Positions 25,881 through 39,329 are shown, numbered from the stretch's first letter. The stretch is DNA of 64,000 nucleotides from Eledone cirrhosa (GCA_964016885.1 OZ024743.1:59954001-60018000), one strand, 5' to 3'. Made by a program: numbers and translations. The notes: generated from the letters alone by a model not told the origin.

Positions 25881-28800
25881 TGATAATGCCACACAAAATG
25901 CACGTGGAGTGACGAAACCACCGGATACAAGTAATTCACCGGTGGATATGTAACCATACATTCGCCAATCCTCGATAAAAGTGTTTAAATGTCGAACCTA
26001 AACAGTTCGAATAACGGTGAAATGGAGACTAGAATGTCATGTGATAGACTCTCACCCAACAGGTGCTCCCTGGCTCAGCAGCAGGGATCTGGCTGTCAAA
26101 CAAATACTGCTGGTGTCGGAGGAAGAAGAAGAAGGAAAGGGACCAGAACCAACTGGACGAAAGAATTGAATAGAACTGTTATGCAATGTTACCTGAAGAG
26201 TAACCCCAAGGAGAAAGGCTATAGGAAAAGGATGCATAACGTCTGGAACGAGATTGGTCCATTTAAATTAGATGAACAAAAACTGGCCGGGCAGGCTCGG
26301 GTAATAAGAACTAATGGGTGGATAAGCGAGCTGGAACTGGAGGAACTGAGCAGAGAGATTAGCTTGGAGATGGAGGGTGGAGTATGCCAGGCAAATGAGC
26401 CAGTGGGAAATGAAGGTGAAGTGGTCGAGAGAACGGAGGAACCAACCGAAACAGACAATGATCTGAAAGCTGAGATAAATAAAACCTGGAACAGAGATAC
26501 AATGATAGTTGGAGACCTATGAACCTAAGATTTGTAGACAGGAAAAAGTTAAAAGAAACAACAGCTAAGGTAAACAAAGTCATCCCATACCTTGAGGCGA
26601 GGAGCCTTCACCAGTGCAACAATATCCTCAAAGCAACAGCAAATACGGTGAGGAAACTACTTGGTATAAAAGCGAGAGGAAACAACAGACAAGAAAGAGC
26701 AGAGCCGTGGTGGAAGAAGCGACTGAGTGGGCAAATCGGGGAAATGAGAAATGACATAGGAAAGCTTGAGTCACTACTGAATGGGACACTAAAAAGCATA
26801 GGCACTAAAAATAGACTGGAAATAAAATACAAAACTAGGAGGAAAAAGCTAAATATTATCATAGAGGAACTGAAGCAACGCATTGTAGCAAAGAGTGCAA
26901 CATTCAGGCGATACGAGAACAGAGTCAGCCAGTATAGACAGAACCGCATGTTCGACAACAACCAGAATATGCTGTTTGGACAGCTTGAAGGGAAAGAAAG
27001 AGGCAACAACTTGATCCCTGAGGTGGAACAAACTAAAATATTCTGGAGAGGAATATGGGAGCAGGATGTTAAACATAATGACCAGGCAGTGTGGATTGAG
27101 ACAGTACAGAAGGAGATCAGTGAACAGGCACACCAACAAACTGATTTGAGTATCACAGTTGAAACTCTTAACGAGCAGGCCAAAAAACTAACCAAGTGGA
27201 AATCACCTGGCCCAGATGGTGTGCAGGGGTATTGGATTAAAAACATAACATCCCTCCACCCGAAACTGACAACCATGTTCAATGACTGCTTGATGTCAGG
27301 TGAGGTACCAGAGTGGTTGACAAAAGGTACCACCTTTTGTCAACCACTCTGGTACCTCACCTGACATCTGATAATGAAAGACCGAATCAAGGTTAATGAT
27401 GTTACCAACTATAGACCTATCACATGCCTGTCCGTAATGTGGAAACTGTTGACAAGCATTATGTCTGAGGAAATCTACCATCACCTCCACACAAACAGCT
27501 TGTTACCGGCCGAACAGAAAGGATGCCGAAAGAAGTCACGTGGTACAAAGGACCAGTTACTTATTGATAAGATGGTAATGAGGAATTGCAAGAGAAGACA
27601 CACTGGTCTTGCCATGGGATGGATAGACTACAAAAAGGCATTTGACATGGTGCCTCATTCTTGGATCACCAAAAGCCTAGTGATCTTCAAGGTGGCAGAT
27701 AACATCAGACAGTTGTTGGGCAAAAGTATGAAGTCCTGGGAAGCAGAGTTAACATCAACTGGAGAATCCTTGGGAAGCGTGAAGATCAAGAGAGGTATCT
27801 TCCAGGGAGATAGTCTGTCCCCTCTGTTGTTTTTCCTTGCCCTGATGCCCCTGACCAGTGTACTGCGAAAAGTGAGAGCAGGATACAGGTTGGGAAAGGG
27901 AGGGCTTACCATCAATCACCTCCTCTTCATGGACGATCTTAAGCTCTTCGGGAAATGTGAGAAGGTGTTGGATGTGCTTGTTGACACTGTCCGTATTTTC
28001 AGCAATGGTATATGTATGCCATTTGGTATTAGTAAGTGTGGTGTCATTGTGATGAGGAGGGTAAGTTGAGCAGAAGTAACGGAATCCAGATATCAACAGG
28101 TGAGATGATAATGGAAATTGACTCTGAGGAAGGATACAAGTATTTGGGCGTTCTGGAGGCTGATGACATCAAGAACAAAAAAATGAAGGAATTGATAAGA
28201 ACTAAATACCTTCGGAAAGTAAGGAGCGTATTAAAGTCACATCTGAACAGTAGGAATGCCATAAGTGCAGTAAATTCCCGAGCTGTGTCTATTATTAGGT
28301 ACAGTGCGGGAATTCTGACATGGAATGTTGCTGAACAAAAAGAAATGGATAGGAAGACTAGGAAGCTATTGACTATCTACAATATGTTCCACAAGAAGGG
28401 GTGATGTCGATAGACTCTACTTAAGGAGATCTGAAGGTGGAAGAGGTCTTATCAGCATAGAGGACTGTGTTCAGATGGAGAAAAACAACCTACACAAATA
28501 CGTGACTGATAATAAGGAGCCAATGCTCAGAACTGAACTGAAGGAGGGGAAAATAGGCCAGGGGATGTCCAAGGAGGAAATAACATCAAGGAGAAAGAGC
28601 AGCATTCAGGAAAAATCCCTTCATAGTACCTTCTTTGAGAAAACTGAATTTAGAGATCAACAGACATGGAACTGGTTGAAAAGAGGATACCTTAAAAAGG
28701 CTACAGAAGGAATGTTAATGGCTGCGCAGGAGCAGGCCCTCAAAACGAAGTGGTTGAAACACCACATTTACAAGGGGGAGGCTAACCCACTGTGCAGGAT

Positions 28801-29460
28801 CTGTGGAGAGAGAGAGGAGACTGTGGCTCACATTGTATCCGAGTGTAAACACCTAGCCCAGACTCACTATAAGGGCTGGAGACATGATGTGATGGGCAGG
28901 GTGATCCACTGGCACCTATGCAAAGTAAACAATTTACCACATTCTGAGAAGTGGTATGAGCATAAGCCAGATGCGGTGATAGAAAACGATCAGGTGAAAG
29001 TGCTGTGGGATTTTAGGATACAGGCGGACAAGAAACTGGAACACAATAGACCTGACCTGGTGGTTTTGGACAAAGAAAAAAGATCGTGCCTGATTGTGGA
29101 TGTGGCCTGCCCATTCGACACGAGAGTGCAAGAGAAGGAGAGGGAGAAAATTAACCGATACCAGGACTTAAAGTGGGAGGTAAAAAGGATTTGGAACTGC
29201 CATGAAGTCAAAGTGATCCCGATTGTCATAGGCGCACTAGGGACTATCTCAAAAAGTTTCCAGGGATGGTTAAAGAAAATTGGCCGCGTCACGCTTTTTG
29301 GAACGCTTCAAAAGGCATTCTTGCTGGGAACAGCAAGAACCCTCCGATACGTCCTGAGTATCTGAGGCTGCAGGTAGTGGCTTGTTATTCATTTCAACAA
29401 ACTTTCCAGTTAACTAACATCAATGACTGAGACTAAAAAAAAAAAAATAATAATAATAAT
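25880..29460 (+). mobile_element. R4/Dong family A copy 2, disrupted
   Basis: ORF pieces from 25989 to 29365 are collinear with copy 1 and retain FMDD. Disruptions: a ~79-bp deletion near 26500, an inverted duplication at 27332-27368, and frameshifts near 28060 and 28400. A/(AAT)n tail. Confidence 0.92.
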
Positions 29461-29938
29461 CTTGTGGAACTTTAGCATCCAAACAGACCGAAAAATAGAT
29501 GCAAATAGACCTGATATAATACTGAAGGTCTTTAAAAAGAGGGTATGCCTGCTAATTGATATTTCCGTTCCAATAGACAAGAGTATATCTATAAAAACAT
29601 TTGAAAAATTGAGCAAGTATAAGGACCTGGAGATAGAAATTGGAAAAATGTGGAAATTGAGAACTAAAACAATACCAGTGGTTGTAGGCGCTCTTGGAAT
29701 GATACCTAAGGGGTCTAATGATTACTTATCGCAAATCCCAGGAAACCCGCGTATAGGAGAAATACAAAAGATAGTACTAATGGGAACTGCCCATATACTA
29801 AGGAAGATTTTGTTAATATAAGTACATCACAAGTCTAAACACCTAAAGATGCATTGTGAGTATGTATGTTCTTTCTTGAACATGGCGGACCTTGTTGTCT
29901 CTTGAGGTCACTGGTTGTGACTTGGTGATTACTCGTAT
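29458..29938 (+). mobile_element. R4/Dong family B 3' fragment
   Basis: ILWNFSIQTDRKIDANRPDIILK..LLIDISVP..EKLSKYKDL..IPVVVGALG..GTAHILRKIL. Matches 38255-38735. Confidence 0.9.
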
Positions 29939-30570
29939 GTGGCTCACATTGTATCCGAGTGTAAACACCTAGCCCAGACTCACTATTAAGGCTGGAGACA
30001 TGATGTGATGGGCAGGGTGATCCACTGGCACTTATGCAAAGTAAACAATTTACCACATTCTGAGAAGTGGTATGAGCATAAGTCTGAGTCGGTGATGGAA
30101 ACCGATCTGGTGAAGGTGCTATGGGATTTTAGGATACAGACGGACAAGAAACTGGAACACAATAGACCTGACCTGGTGGTTTTGGACAAGGAAAAAAGAT
30201 CGTGCCTGATTGTGGGTGTGGCCTGCCAATTCGACACGAGAGTGCAAGAAAATTAAACGATACCAGGACTTAAAGTGGGAGGTTAAAAGGATTTGGAACT
30301 GCCATGAAGTCCAAGTGGTCCCGATTGTCATAGGCGCACTAGGTACTATCTCAAAACGTTTCCAGGGATGGTTAAAGAAAATTGGCCCCTTTCACGCTTT
30401 TTGGAACACTTCAAAAGGCATGCTTGCTGGGAACAGCAAGAACTCTCCGATACGTCCTGAATATCTGAGGCTGCAGGTAGTGGCTTGATATTCATTTCAA
30501 CACTTTTCCAGTTAACTAACATCAATGACTGAGACTCAAAGAATAATAATAATATTAATAATAATAATTA
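29939..30570 (+). mobile_element. R4/Dong family A 3' fragment
   Basis: Collinear with 28822-29432. Ends in an (AAT)n tail. Confidence 0.9.
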
Positions 30571-30589
30571 TTATTATTATTATAATTAA

Positions 30590-30910
30590 GATATTTAAAA
30601 CAATTGTGATATAACAATTCTTAGTTCAAATAGGGCATAAGGCACCAGTCTTTAAGCTCTCAGGAAATGAGGCCCCATAACACCCTAGCATGTGGCTCAA
30701 ATATTCAATTTTGTATTAGGAATTTTATATTCTAAAAAGAAAATGATTATACATGGAAGAAAACCCCTCTGTCTACACTAAATAGAAGAGCCAAATAACA
30801 GCAATTTCACCACTACAACCTAGATACACCACCTAACCCCCACCTTGTGTACACTAAATACAACAGCGAGTTAACGGCAATTTCACCACCACCACCAATC
30901 CCAGCATAAC

Positions 30911-30942
<32 letters not shown>

Positions 30943-31265
30943 ATCTCAAGTTTCCTCAAAATATTTAATTCAAAATTAAGCAAATATGTCAACATATGTA
31001 TTAAACATAGTCGACAGACCGCATAGATATACAGATCAAACAAACGCATACTAGCTACAATCTATTCAACAGAATTCAGTAGCAACAACGCCATCATTAC
31101 AGTACCACTATCCCATCACCGCCGCCGCCACTCCATCATTGCTACCACAACTATTCCTATACTACCTTTTGTTAACTTAAGAAAGGGGAAGGTGGCTGTA
31201 ACACTAGACAAGAGGAAGGCTAACAAAATCTATAAATAGACTGACTTAATGACTCGGTCAAAAGT
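30590..31265 (+). repeat. Non-coding leader, copy 3 (more diverged)
   Basis: Shares blocks with leaders 1 and 2: atatttaaa.caattgtga.ataacaattct, ctcaaatattcaattttgtatt, atggaagaaaacccctctgtct, taaatagactga.tt.atgac..ggtcaaaa. Confidence 0.75.
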
Positions 31266-31421
31266 TAACGACTATGGCACTGAAGTTTACACCCCCACCA
31301 TCTCCCCCACCAACAAAAGAAAAAGCCCCAGCACCACCGGCATATCCAACAACAATAACAGAGGCAACTTCAACGAAAAGTATATTATATTAATAATTTC
31401 TTTCATAGCCATGCATTAAGG

Positions 31422-34400
31422 CAGTGGACGCCAACCTTTCTAAAACCGAGGAACCCTCTAAATATTTTGAATTCTTCACAGAACCTATACAATACAAAAC
31501 TTTGCCAAAAAAATAATAAAGTATTTATTTATTTTAGTGTTTCATGCGTGTGTATGTAATCGAACACAATGGCTTTTCTGCTGCTGCGCCTCATCAGTGA
31601 GTTTAGAAAATCGAGGTTCAACACTAGTTAATGCCAGTCTCATACACTCGTCAATTGCTGACAGTTTATTCCTCTTCTTTGTGCAGATTTCCACCAACTG
31701 CGAAAACCCTTTTTCGCACAAATAGCTAGATGGGAATAAAGTCAAATACTTCAATGCAAGTTGGCTGATTTCATTAAACTCCCCAATCAAGAATAAGTCG
31801 ATCCATAGTTCTTTCTTTCTGCTTTCGAATATCACTTTCAGGTCTTCGTTTGAATTCAAATCCATCAACTGATGTAAACATTGAGCAGGTAGTAAATTTT
31901 TACAATTTCCAGCGTCATTTTCTGACACTAACTGCTCGATCTCGGTGAACGGGTTTTTTATCCATAAATTTCCGCTAACAATATATTTTTACATCAAGTC
32001 AAAATAATCTGAAAAACCTGTGGAAAGCACATTTAAATGAGAAAGAATAATCTTCTTTATATTGCTGGAGTCAAAATTTTCTCCCTTTTTAAGCTCTATT
32101 TCAAGGTTTGAAAGTAATTATCCGATTCAATTCTTTTTATAAAGATGTTTAATTTTGATTGAAAATATGTAATAAAATTGATTGAAGTAAAAATATCTGC
32201 ATTGTTACCCTGAAGACACTTATTTAGTTTGTTCAGTTCACCAAAAATGTCTACTAAATAAGCGAGTTGCACATTCCATTCATTGGTTTCTAATACACTT
32301 GCTCTTTCATCATTCTGTTTTTTTAGAAAAACTATTATTTCTTCTCTCAGTTCATAGCATCACAAAAGACAGCCAACGCACATCATTGTTCAATAACAAT
32401 CTATTATAATTACTTCCAGAAGATTCACAAATAGATTAAAACATTCTAGAATTTTTTGATCTTGCATGAATCAAATTGATAATTTTGACAATGTCTTTCA
32501 GCTGGTCATTTAATATTTGAGCATCTCTGTCTTTGAATTTTTTTTTACACAAAACCTCTCGATGAATCATACAATGAATTGAAATACAATTTGGGGTCTG
32601 TTCTTTAATTTTTGCAGTCAAACCAGAATTTTTACCAGTCATTGCAGCTGCTCCATCTGTTGTTATTGAAGTCAACTTGCTCCAAGATACACCATTTTTT
32701 TAAAAAATACTCTTCAATTTTATTGAATATATCTTGACCTTTAGTTGTGATGTCTAATGCCAGACAAAACAAATACTATTCTACTAATTCTTGTTTATCA
32801 AGGTCTACAAACCGTACATAGCAATTTAATTGAGCCTTGTTATTAATATCCGTAGTTTCTTCCACTTGCAGTCCAAAACATGGGCTTTTCTTTAGTGCAG
32901 TTAGTATCTGATTTTCTATAACAGAAGAAATATCAATTATCCCTCTTTTTACGGTATTTGCTGACAATGGTAACTGGCTTAATTTTTCTTTTTCCTTAAT
33001 ACTGCAGCTTTCAAAAAGATTCTCTGTAGCAATTTTTATACTTGGCAGAATTAACTGTTCTCCTAATGTAAATGGTTTCTTGTTTTTACCAATCAAATGT
33101 GAAATCTCAAAAGGTGTTCTTGTTAAAGCTTTATTTCTATCTGACTTTTTACAAAACAAGTCATACATATTAGCTTGTGATTTTTTAATGTTGTTTTTCA
33201 GCGAAGTAAATATTCCAGTGACTTGTTTTTATCATTGTTGTGATTAGTATCAATGTGTATTTTAAGTTTTGCAGGATTTAAACAGTTATTTGATAGAACT
33301 TTTGAACATAGCAAACACATGGGCTGATCTGGTGTATCTTTTTTAGTGTCAGCTTTTTGAAATCCATATCTAACATAATCATCACACCACTGTCTAACCT
33401 TACTGCTGGTATCTAACTTCAGCTTCTTTGCAGTAGACATCATATCAATGTTATTTATCTACAGTTAACATTTTTAATATGACATTAATAAACAAGAGGA
33501 ATTAACTGTTTTTTTAATTACAAAAAGTACTTAAATTAACTTTAATTTTAGATATTTGGAAAAACTTAACTAGTTAAAAAAAAATTTTAATTTTTAAAAA
33601 TTGAAATTTCTTCATTTTAGGATGGCAAACATATTATTTAAAGTCTTATAATAATATTTAAATATTAGGGGTTACTGAAAAAGGTGCAAATTTATGAACA
33701 ACTAGAAGACATTTTTTTCAGAGTCCAGCACTTCCTGCATATACTACTTTAGGGTCGTATTAAATATTATTGGTAATGTAAATATATTTAAATATCCGCC
33801 ATACTAAAAGTGCAAAAAATGCAAATCAGCTGATAGTGTAGATGTGACGATGGTATTGGAAATTAATTCAGATATCTTCTATCTATTTTGACTCAAAGTT
33901 TGATATAATATAAGAAGGTTTTAGGCTGCGTTAAACATATATTAGATTGGAACAAATAAAGTTTAGTCAAATGTTTATGGACATATATGTTTATTGTATA
34001 AAGTAATTTCTCAATTGTGAATGCAGATGTCATCAAATGAATACATAATTGTGTGGCAAAGTTTATAGTGTATGCATGGAATACAAAATTACCTTTGTTA
34101 GTAGTCAAAACTTTACAGGCGTTATATTTTCTGTGCAAAGTACAACATAATGTAACGTGTTCTTATTTAGAATTGTCTGTGGAACTGGATGCATGTTGAA
34201 AACGACTAGTAAGCGAGTTCACTCAGTGAGGAAACTTTAGACGACTTTAAAGCTTTTGTGAGGGCAGCAGATTAAAACGTGTTCTCTATTGAAAACATTC
34301 TACTGAACTTACGTTGTGAGAACAGCGAACTGACCCTGACTGTTGGCTGAGAGACCTCGCTGAACTGAAGTTTTCAGTTTAAAGTTATGCTGTCATCGAC

Positions 34401-34786
34401 CAACATTTACTTGTTCGTGATTGGTCAATTTCTAAGTTCAATTAGTGTATTATGAGTAGTAGTCAAATCCTCGGAATTCAGAAAACTATGTCTTTCCAAG
34501 AATTGATGTCAAATTGAAAGTATTCAATTTCCACGAATCTCAGAAGTGTTTTTCGGCTAATTCAAGTGAGAAACTGAAAGTAGTGTTTTCCACGAATTGG
34601 AGTGGGGAACCTGTGTACACTACAATAGTACTTGTTCATTTATACATTGCATCTTTGGCATTTTCTTTGCACCGTTTTCAGAAAACCCAAAATATTAATG
34701 GTAATGTAAATATTTATTTTTTTAAGGAACCCGGAGTTTGTTTTATGGAACCCCAAGTTCCGCGGAAACCATGTTGGCGACCACTG
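31422..34786 (-). mobile_element. Full-length hAT transposon, Buster/Charlie-SPIN group
   Basis: TIRs CAGTGGACGCCAAC (31422-31435) and GTTGGCGACCACTG (34773-34786) match at 13/14. There is a perfect 8-bp TSD CATTAAGG (31414-31421 and 34787-34794) with a central TA, as expected for Buster elements. Confidence 0.95.
31542..33443 (-). pseudogene. hAT (Buster-type) transposase, frameshifted
   Basis: BED-like finger PMCLLC..L...L.PAKLK.H....H, KKPFTLGEQLILP, LQVEETTD, ITTDGAAAMTG, HCMIHRE and FPSSYLCEKGFS, spread over several broken ORFs. Confidence 0.92.
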
Positions 34787-34834
34787 CATTAAGGAATCAC
34801 TCATGATAATAACAATTTAACAAACAAACAAAAA

Positions 34835-37800
34835 AACCCGTGACCAAGAAATACCGGGGTGGCGGCCGGAGGGGACTAGCCGTGTCTCTGAGGGAGGACG
34901 ATCCATCTAGTCTTGGTTGACACTCGTCCATGAAATGATTACCCCTTGGCGGTTAAGGATAAAACGCAACAAAATAAAGCCAATGTCAAATGATAAAATT
35001 TCATACCGGATCGGTAGTCAACCGGGTCAAAAAGGGCCGCGTCCCTCAGTGAGGAACCAGATTTGGCGAAAAATCAGCTAATGGTTCAAACCTTCCCAAC
35101 AATTCGGAGCTGGAGTACCCCCATAACCGAAATAATCCTACTGTTGGCCCTCCATGCTCACCACCAAGAAATCCAAAGCAAAAGAGAGAAAAATTGTCAA
35201 GGGAAGACAATAAAGAAGTCCACGTACAACCCATCAAATAGATCGAATATAGAACAGACGTATATCAACTGGAAAAAGAACCATCCCGAAAACAGAGACT
35301 ATATTGATAGTAACAAACTAGCCAATATACGAAGAAATATTGTTCAGAAAATGTTACTAACTGATATAGATATTGATCAGATCAAGCAATTAGCGCAAAG
35401 TCAGCGAAGGGAAAAAGAAACATGTGTGAGTGTAAACGAGGTAAATTATAACACTTCTAATCCCAATTCTAATCCTAATGGTGCGGAATCACTGACAGCA
35501 GGACAAATTAAAGAAATGATCGAAAAAGTGGAAGGAGTGCATGCTGAAGATGAAACTTAAAATGAAAACAATGAGATCGTCAATAATAAAGAAATGAATG
35601 AGAATGAACTCGCCAACTTGAAGAATGAAATTATGATCGAATGGATGATAATGAAAGTATCTGACATGGGAGAACGAGACACTCTCCCTAAGATCCAGAA
35701 CTCCAAACAAAACCAATGGATAACATACAAGCCTAACATAACTCTCAAAAACATTATCATCACAAATAAACTAATCATTACTGATCTAAATTATCTCTAT
35801 TATGCATCGGCTAAAGTCACCACACACTTATGTGGAGGGAAAATGAAAAAGCAAAGAATTCCCACAAAAAATCTACTTGGCAAGATTACATCAATCGCCA
35901 AATAAACCTTCTTCGATCTGACATAGAAATGTTAACAAACTACAAAGTAGGTGAACATGTTAAACAAACTAAACTTAGAAAATTGACAAGAAAATGCAGT
36001 ATAAAATCAACAAGTGACATAGCTATGCTGATAGAAAGAATCAAGTAAAAAGTGTCGGCCAAAGCTGCTCGTATAAGGCGCTTTGGAAAACGATCTAGAT
36101 TCTATAAGGACAATAATATGTTCAAAAACAACCAAAGAAACTTCTACAGAAAAATTGATAAGTCCACAATAACTGCTAAATCAATACCACCCAAGGAGGA
36201 AGTGCAAGAATTCTGGGAAAAGATCTGGGCCGAAGAAAAAGTTCATAATATACATGTCCCATGGATAGACAGACAAATGAAAGATACAGCTCACCTTGAG
36301 GAACAATTATGGGAAAATATAACAGTTGAGCAGTTGCGTTTGGCCCTTAGAAAAACCAGCAAATGGAAATCTCCAGGAAAAGACAAAATACCAAATTTTT
36401 GGATAAATGCCTTAACAGAGTCTCATGAGCTGTTAGCCCAACTTTACAATGAAATAGTTAAGAAACCAGAAAAGATACCATCATAGTTAATTAACGGCAT
36501 TACATTCCTGCTTCCGAAGAATGATGAGACAAACAATCCCATAAATTACAGACCGATAACTTGCTTGACCACAATGTATAACATATTAACATTAGTCCTA
36601 ACTGAATATACATATGACCACCTGATAACAAATGACCTATTTCCCAATGAGCCGAAAGGGTGTAAACGTGGCTCATATGGGTGTAAGGATCAGCTTTTGG
36701 TTAACAAAATGATACTGGAAGATTGTCATAATAGATACAAAAATCTATCAATTGCTTGGATAGATTATACAAAAGCATTCAATAGTTTGACACACAGTTG
36801 GATTGAAAAATGTTTAGAGATTTTCAAAATATGTCCCGTTGTCAAGGGGTTCTTGTCATTCAGTATGAAGACATGTAAAACGACACTCCTTTTGAATAGT
36901 GAAACAAAATCACTGGAAGCTGGAGAAGTTAATATTAATTGTGGAATTTTTCAGGGTGACTCTTTATCACCACTTTTATTCTGCATTGCACTTATACCAT
37001 TAAGTAAAATGCTCAATGAAACAACACATGGATATAATGTCTACGACAAAACCATTAATCGCTTGTTCCACATGGATGGCCTGAACTATTTGCAAAAAAA
37101 GATGAACAATTGCAAGGGCTATTATCCACTGTGGTGCAGTTCAGTAAGGACATTAAAATGGAGTTTGGACTAGATAAATGCGCCAAAGCTACGTTCACAA
37201 GAGGAAAGCTGCTGAAAAGTTCAGACATTAATCTTGATCGGGTGAATGTGATAAGAGAACTTGACAAGAGTAAACTTACAAATATCTAGGTGTTTGTGAA
37301 GGAAACGGAATCAAGCACTCGACAATGAGGGAAAGGAAAAGGAAGGAATGTTACCGCAGAGTAAGAGAAATCTTAAGAACGGAATTGAATGCAAGGAATA
37401 GGATCAATGCCATAAACACGCTTGCCATACCAGTAGTAACCTACAGTTACAATAACATCAACTGGTCAAGCACAGAGATCCGTAGGCTCGATACAAAATT
37501 AGAAAATTCTTAACCATGCATAGAATGCATCACCCTAAGGCAGATACAGATGGAATATATCTCCCTAGGAAAGAAGGAGGACGTGGGTTGATCCAGTTAG
37601 ATACTGCGTTGAAAACTGCAACAATTGGATTATCTACATATCTAAGGGAATCGCATGATTGGATGATCAAACTCGTTTTGAAACACGAAACCATCAAAAG
37701 ATCATACTCCATTACAAAAGATGCACAAAGATACAGTAATGGACTACAAATTTCAGAAGTCCCATTTACTGTTGAAACGGAAAACACAGAAAAAGCAAAT

Positions 37801-38785
37801 CAAGTAAAAGTAACTGCAAAGAAAGAACTGCTACAGAAACTGGCTAAGAAATGGCAAGAAAAGCCTGTGTATGGAAAATACCCAGAAAGAGCTAACAATC
37901 CTGATGCTGACAAAACTTTAACCCATCAGTGGTTGGCATCCTCTGGACTGAAATCGGAGACTAAAGGACTGATTATATCAGCAAAATAAGAGTGTCTGCC
38001 AACAAAAAATTAACAAGCCAACATAATAAAAAATGGATGCAACCCATTATGCCGTGTATGTAAAAAACAACCAGAGACCATTGATCAAATAATTTCAATG
38101 TGCAGTCCTATAGCTCCAACCGAATACCTAAACAGGCATGACAGAGCTGCACAATACATACATTGGATAATGTGTAAGCATTTTGACCTGCCGCATCAAA
38201 AGAATTGGTGGGAGCATCAACCACCTCCCATACTTGAAAAAGATCACATCTCAATCTTGTGGAACTTTAGCATCCAAACAGACCGAAAAATAGATGCAAA
38301 TACGCCTGATATAATACTGAAGGACTTTAAAAAGAGGGTATGCCTGCTAAATTGATATGTCCGTTCCAATAGACAAGAATGTATCTATAAAAACATTTGA
38401 AAAATTGAGCAAGTATAAGGACCTGGAGATAGAAATTGGAAAAATGTGGAAATTGAGAACTAAAACAATACCAGTGGTTGTAGGCGCTCTAGGAATTATA
38501 CCTAAGGGGTCTAATGATTACTTATCGCAAATCCCAGGAAACCGGCGTATAGGAGAAATACAAAAGATAGTACTAATGGGAACTGCTCATATACTAAGGA
38601 AGATTATGTCAATATACGTACATCACAATTCTAAACACGAAAATATGCATGTGTGTGTATGTATGTTCTTTCTTGAACAGTGCGGACCTTGTTGTCTCTT
38701 GAGGTCATTGGTTGTGACTTGGTGATAACTCGTATGAACATAAAGCAAGATAAATGCAGCTGTAATAATAAAAATAATAATAATA
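34835..38785 (+). mobile_element. R4/Dong family B, full-length but with many stops and frameshifts
   Basis: Likely start ATG at 34983. Motifs: [78 protein letters not shown]. (AAT)n tail at 38763-38785. Confidence 0.9.
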
Positions 38786-38790
38786 TGAGA

Positions 38791-39329
38791 AAGTAAACAA
38801 TTTACCACATTGTGAGAAGTGGTATGAGCATAAGCTAGAGTCGGTGATAGAAAACGATCAGGTGAAGGTGCTGTGGGATTTTAGGATACAGACGGACAAG
38901 AAACTGGAACACAATAGACCTGATCTGGTGGTTTGGGACAAGGAAAAAAGATCGTGCCTGATTGTGGATGTGGCCTGCCCATTCGACACGAGAGTGCAAG
39001 AGAAGGAGAGGGAGAAAATTAACCGATACCAGGACCTAAAGTGGGAGGTAAAAAGGATTTGGAACTGCCATGAAGTCAAAGTGGTCCCGATTGTCATAGG
39101 CGCACTAGGTACTATCTGAAAAAGTCTCCAGGGATGGTTAAAGAAAATTGGCCCCGCCCTGCTTTTTGGAACACCTCAAAGGCATGCTTGCTGGGAACAG
39201 CAAGAACCCTCCGATACGTCCTGAATATCTGAGGCTGCAGGTAGTGGCTTGATATTCATTTCAACAAAGTTTCCAGTTAACTAACATCAATGACTGAGAC
39301 TCAAAGAACAATAATAATAATAATTATAA
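38791..39329 (+). mobile_element. R4/Dong family A 3' fragment inserted at the family B tail
   Basis: RLE ORF piece at 38844-39119 followed by the family A 3' UTR and (AAT)n. Confidence 0.9.

Noticed and set aside
20474-30331. Many minus-strand ORFs up to 241 aa over the R4 elements
   Set aside because: They are antisense shadows of the RT-RLE frame with no independent motifs.
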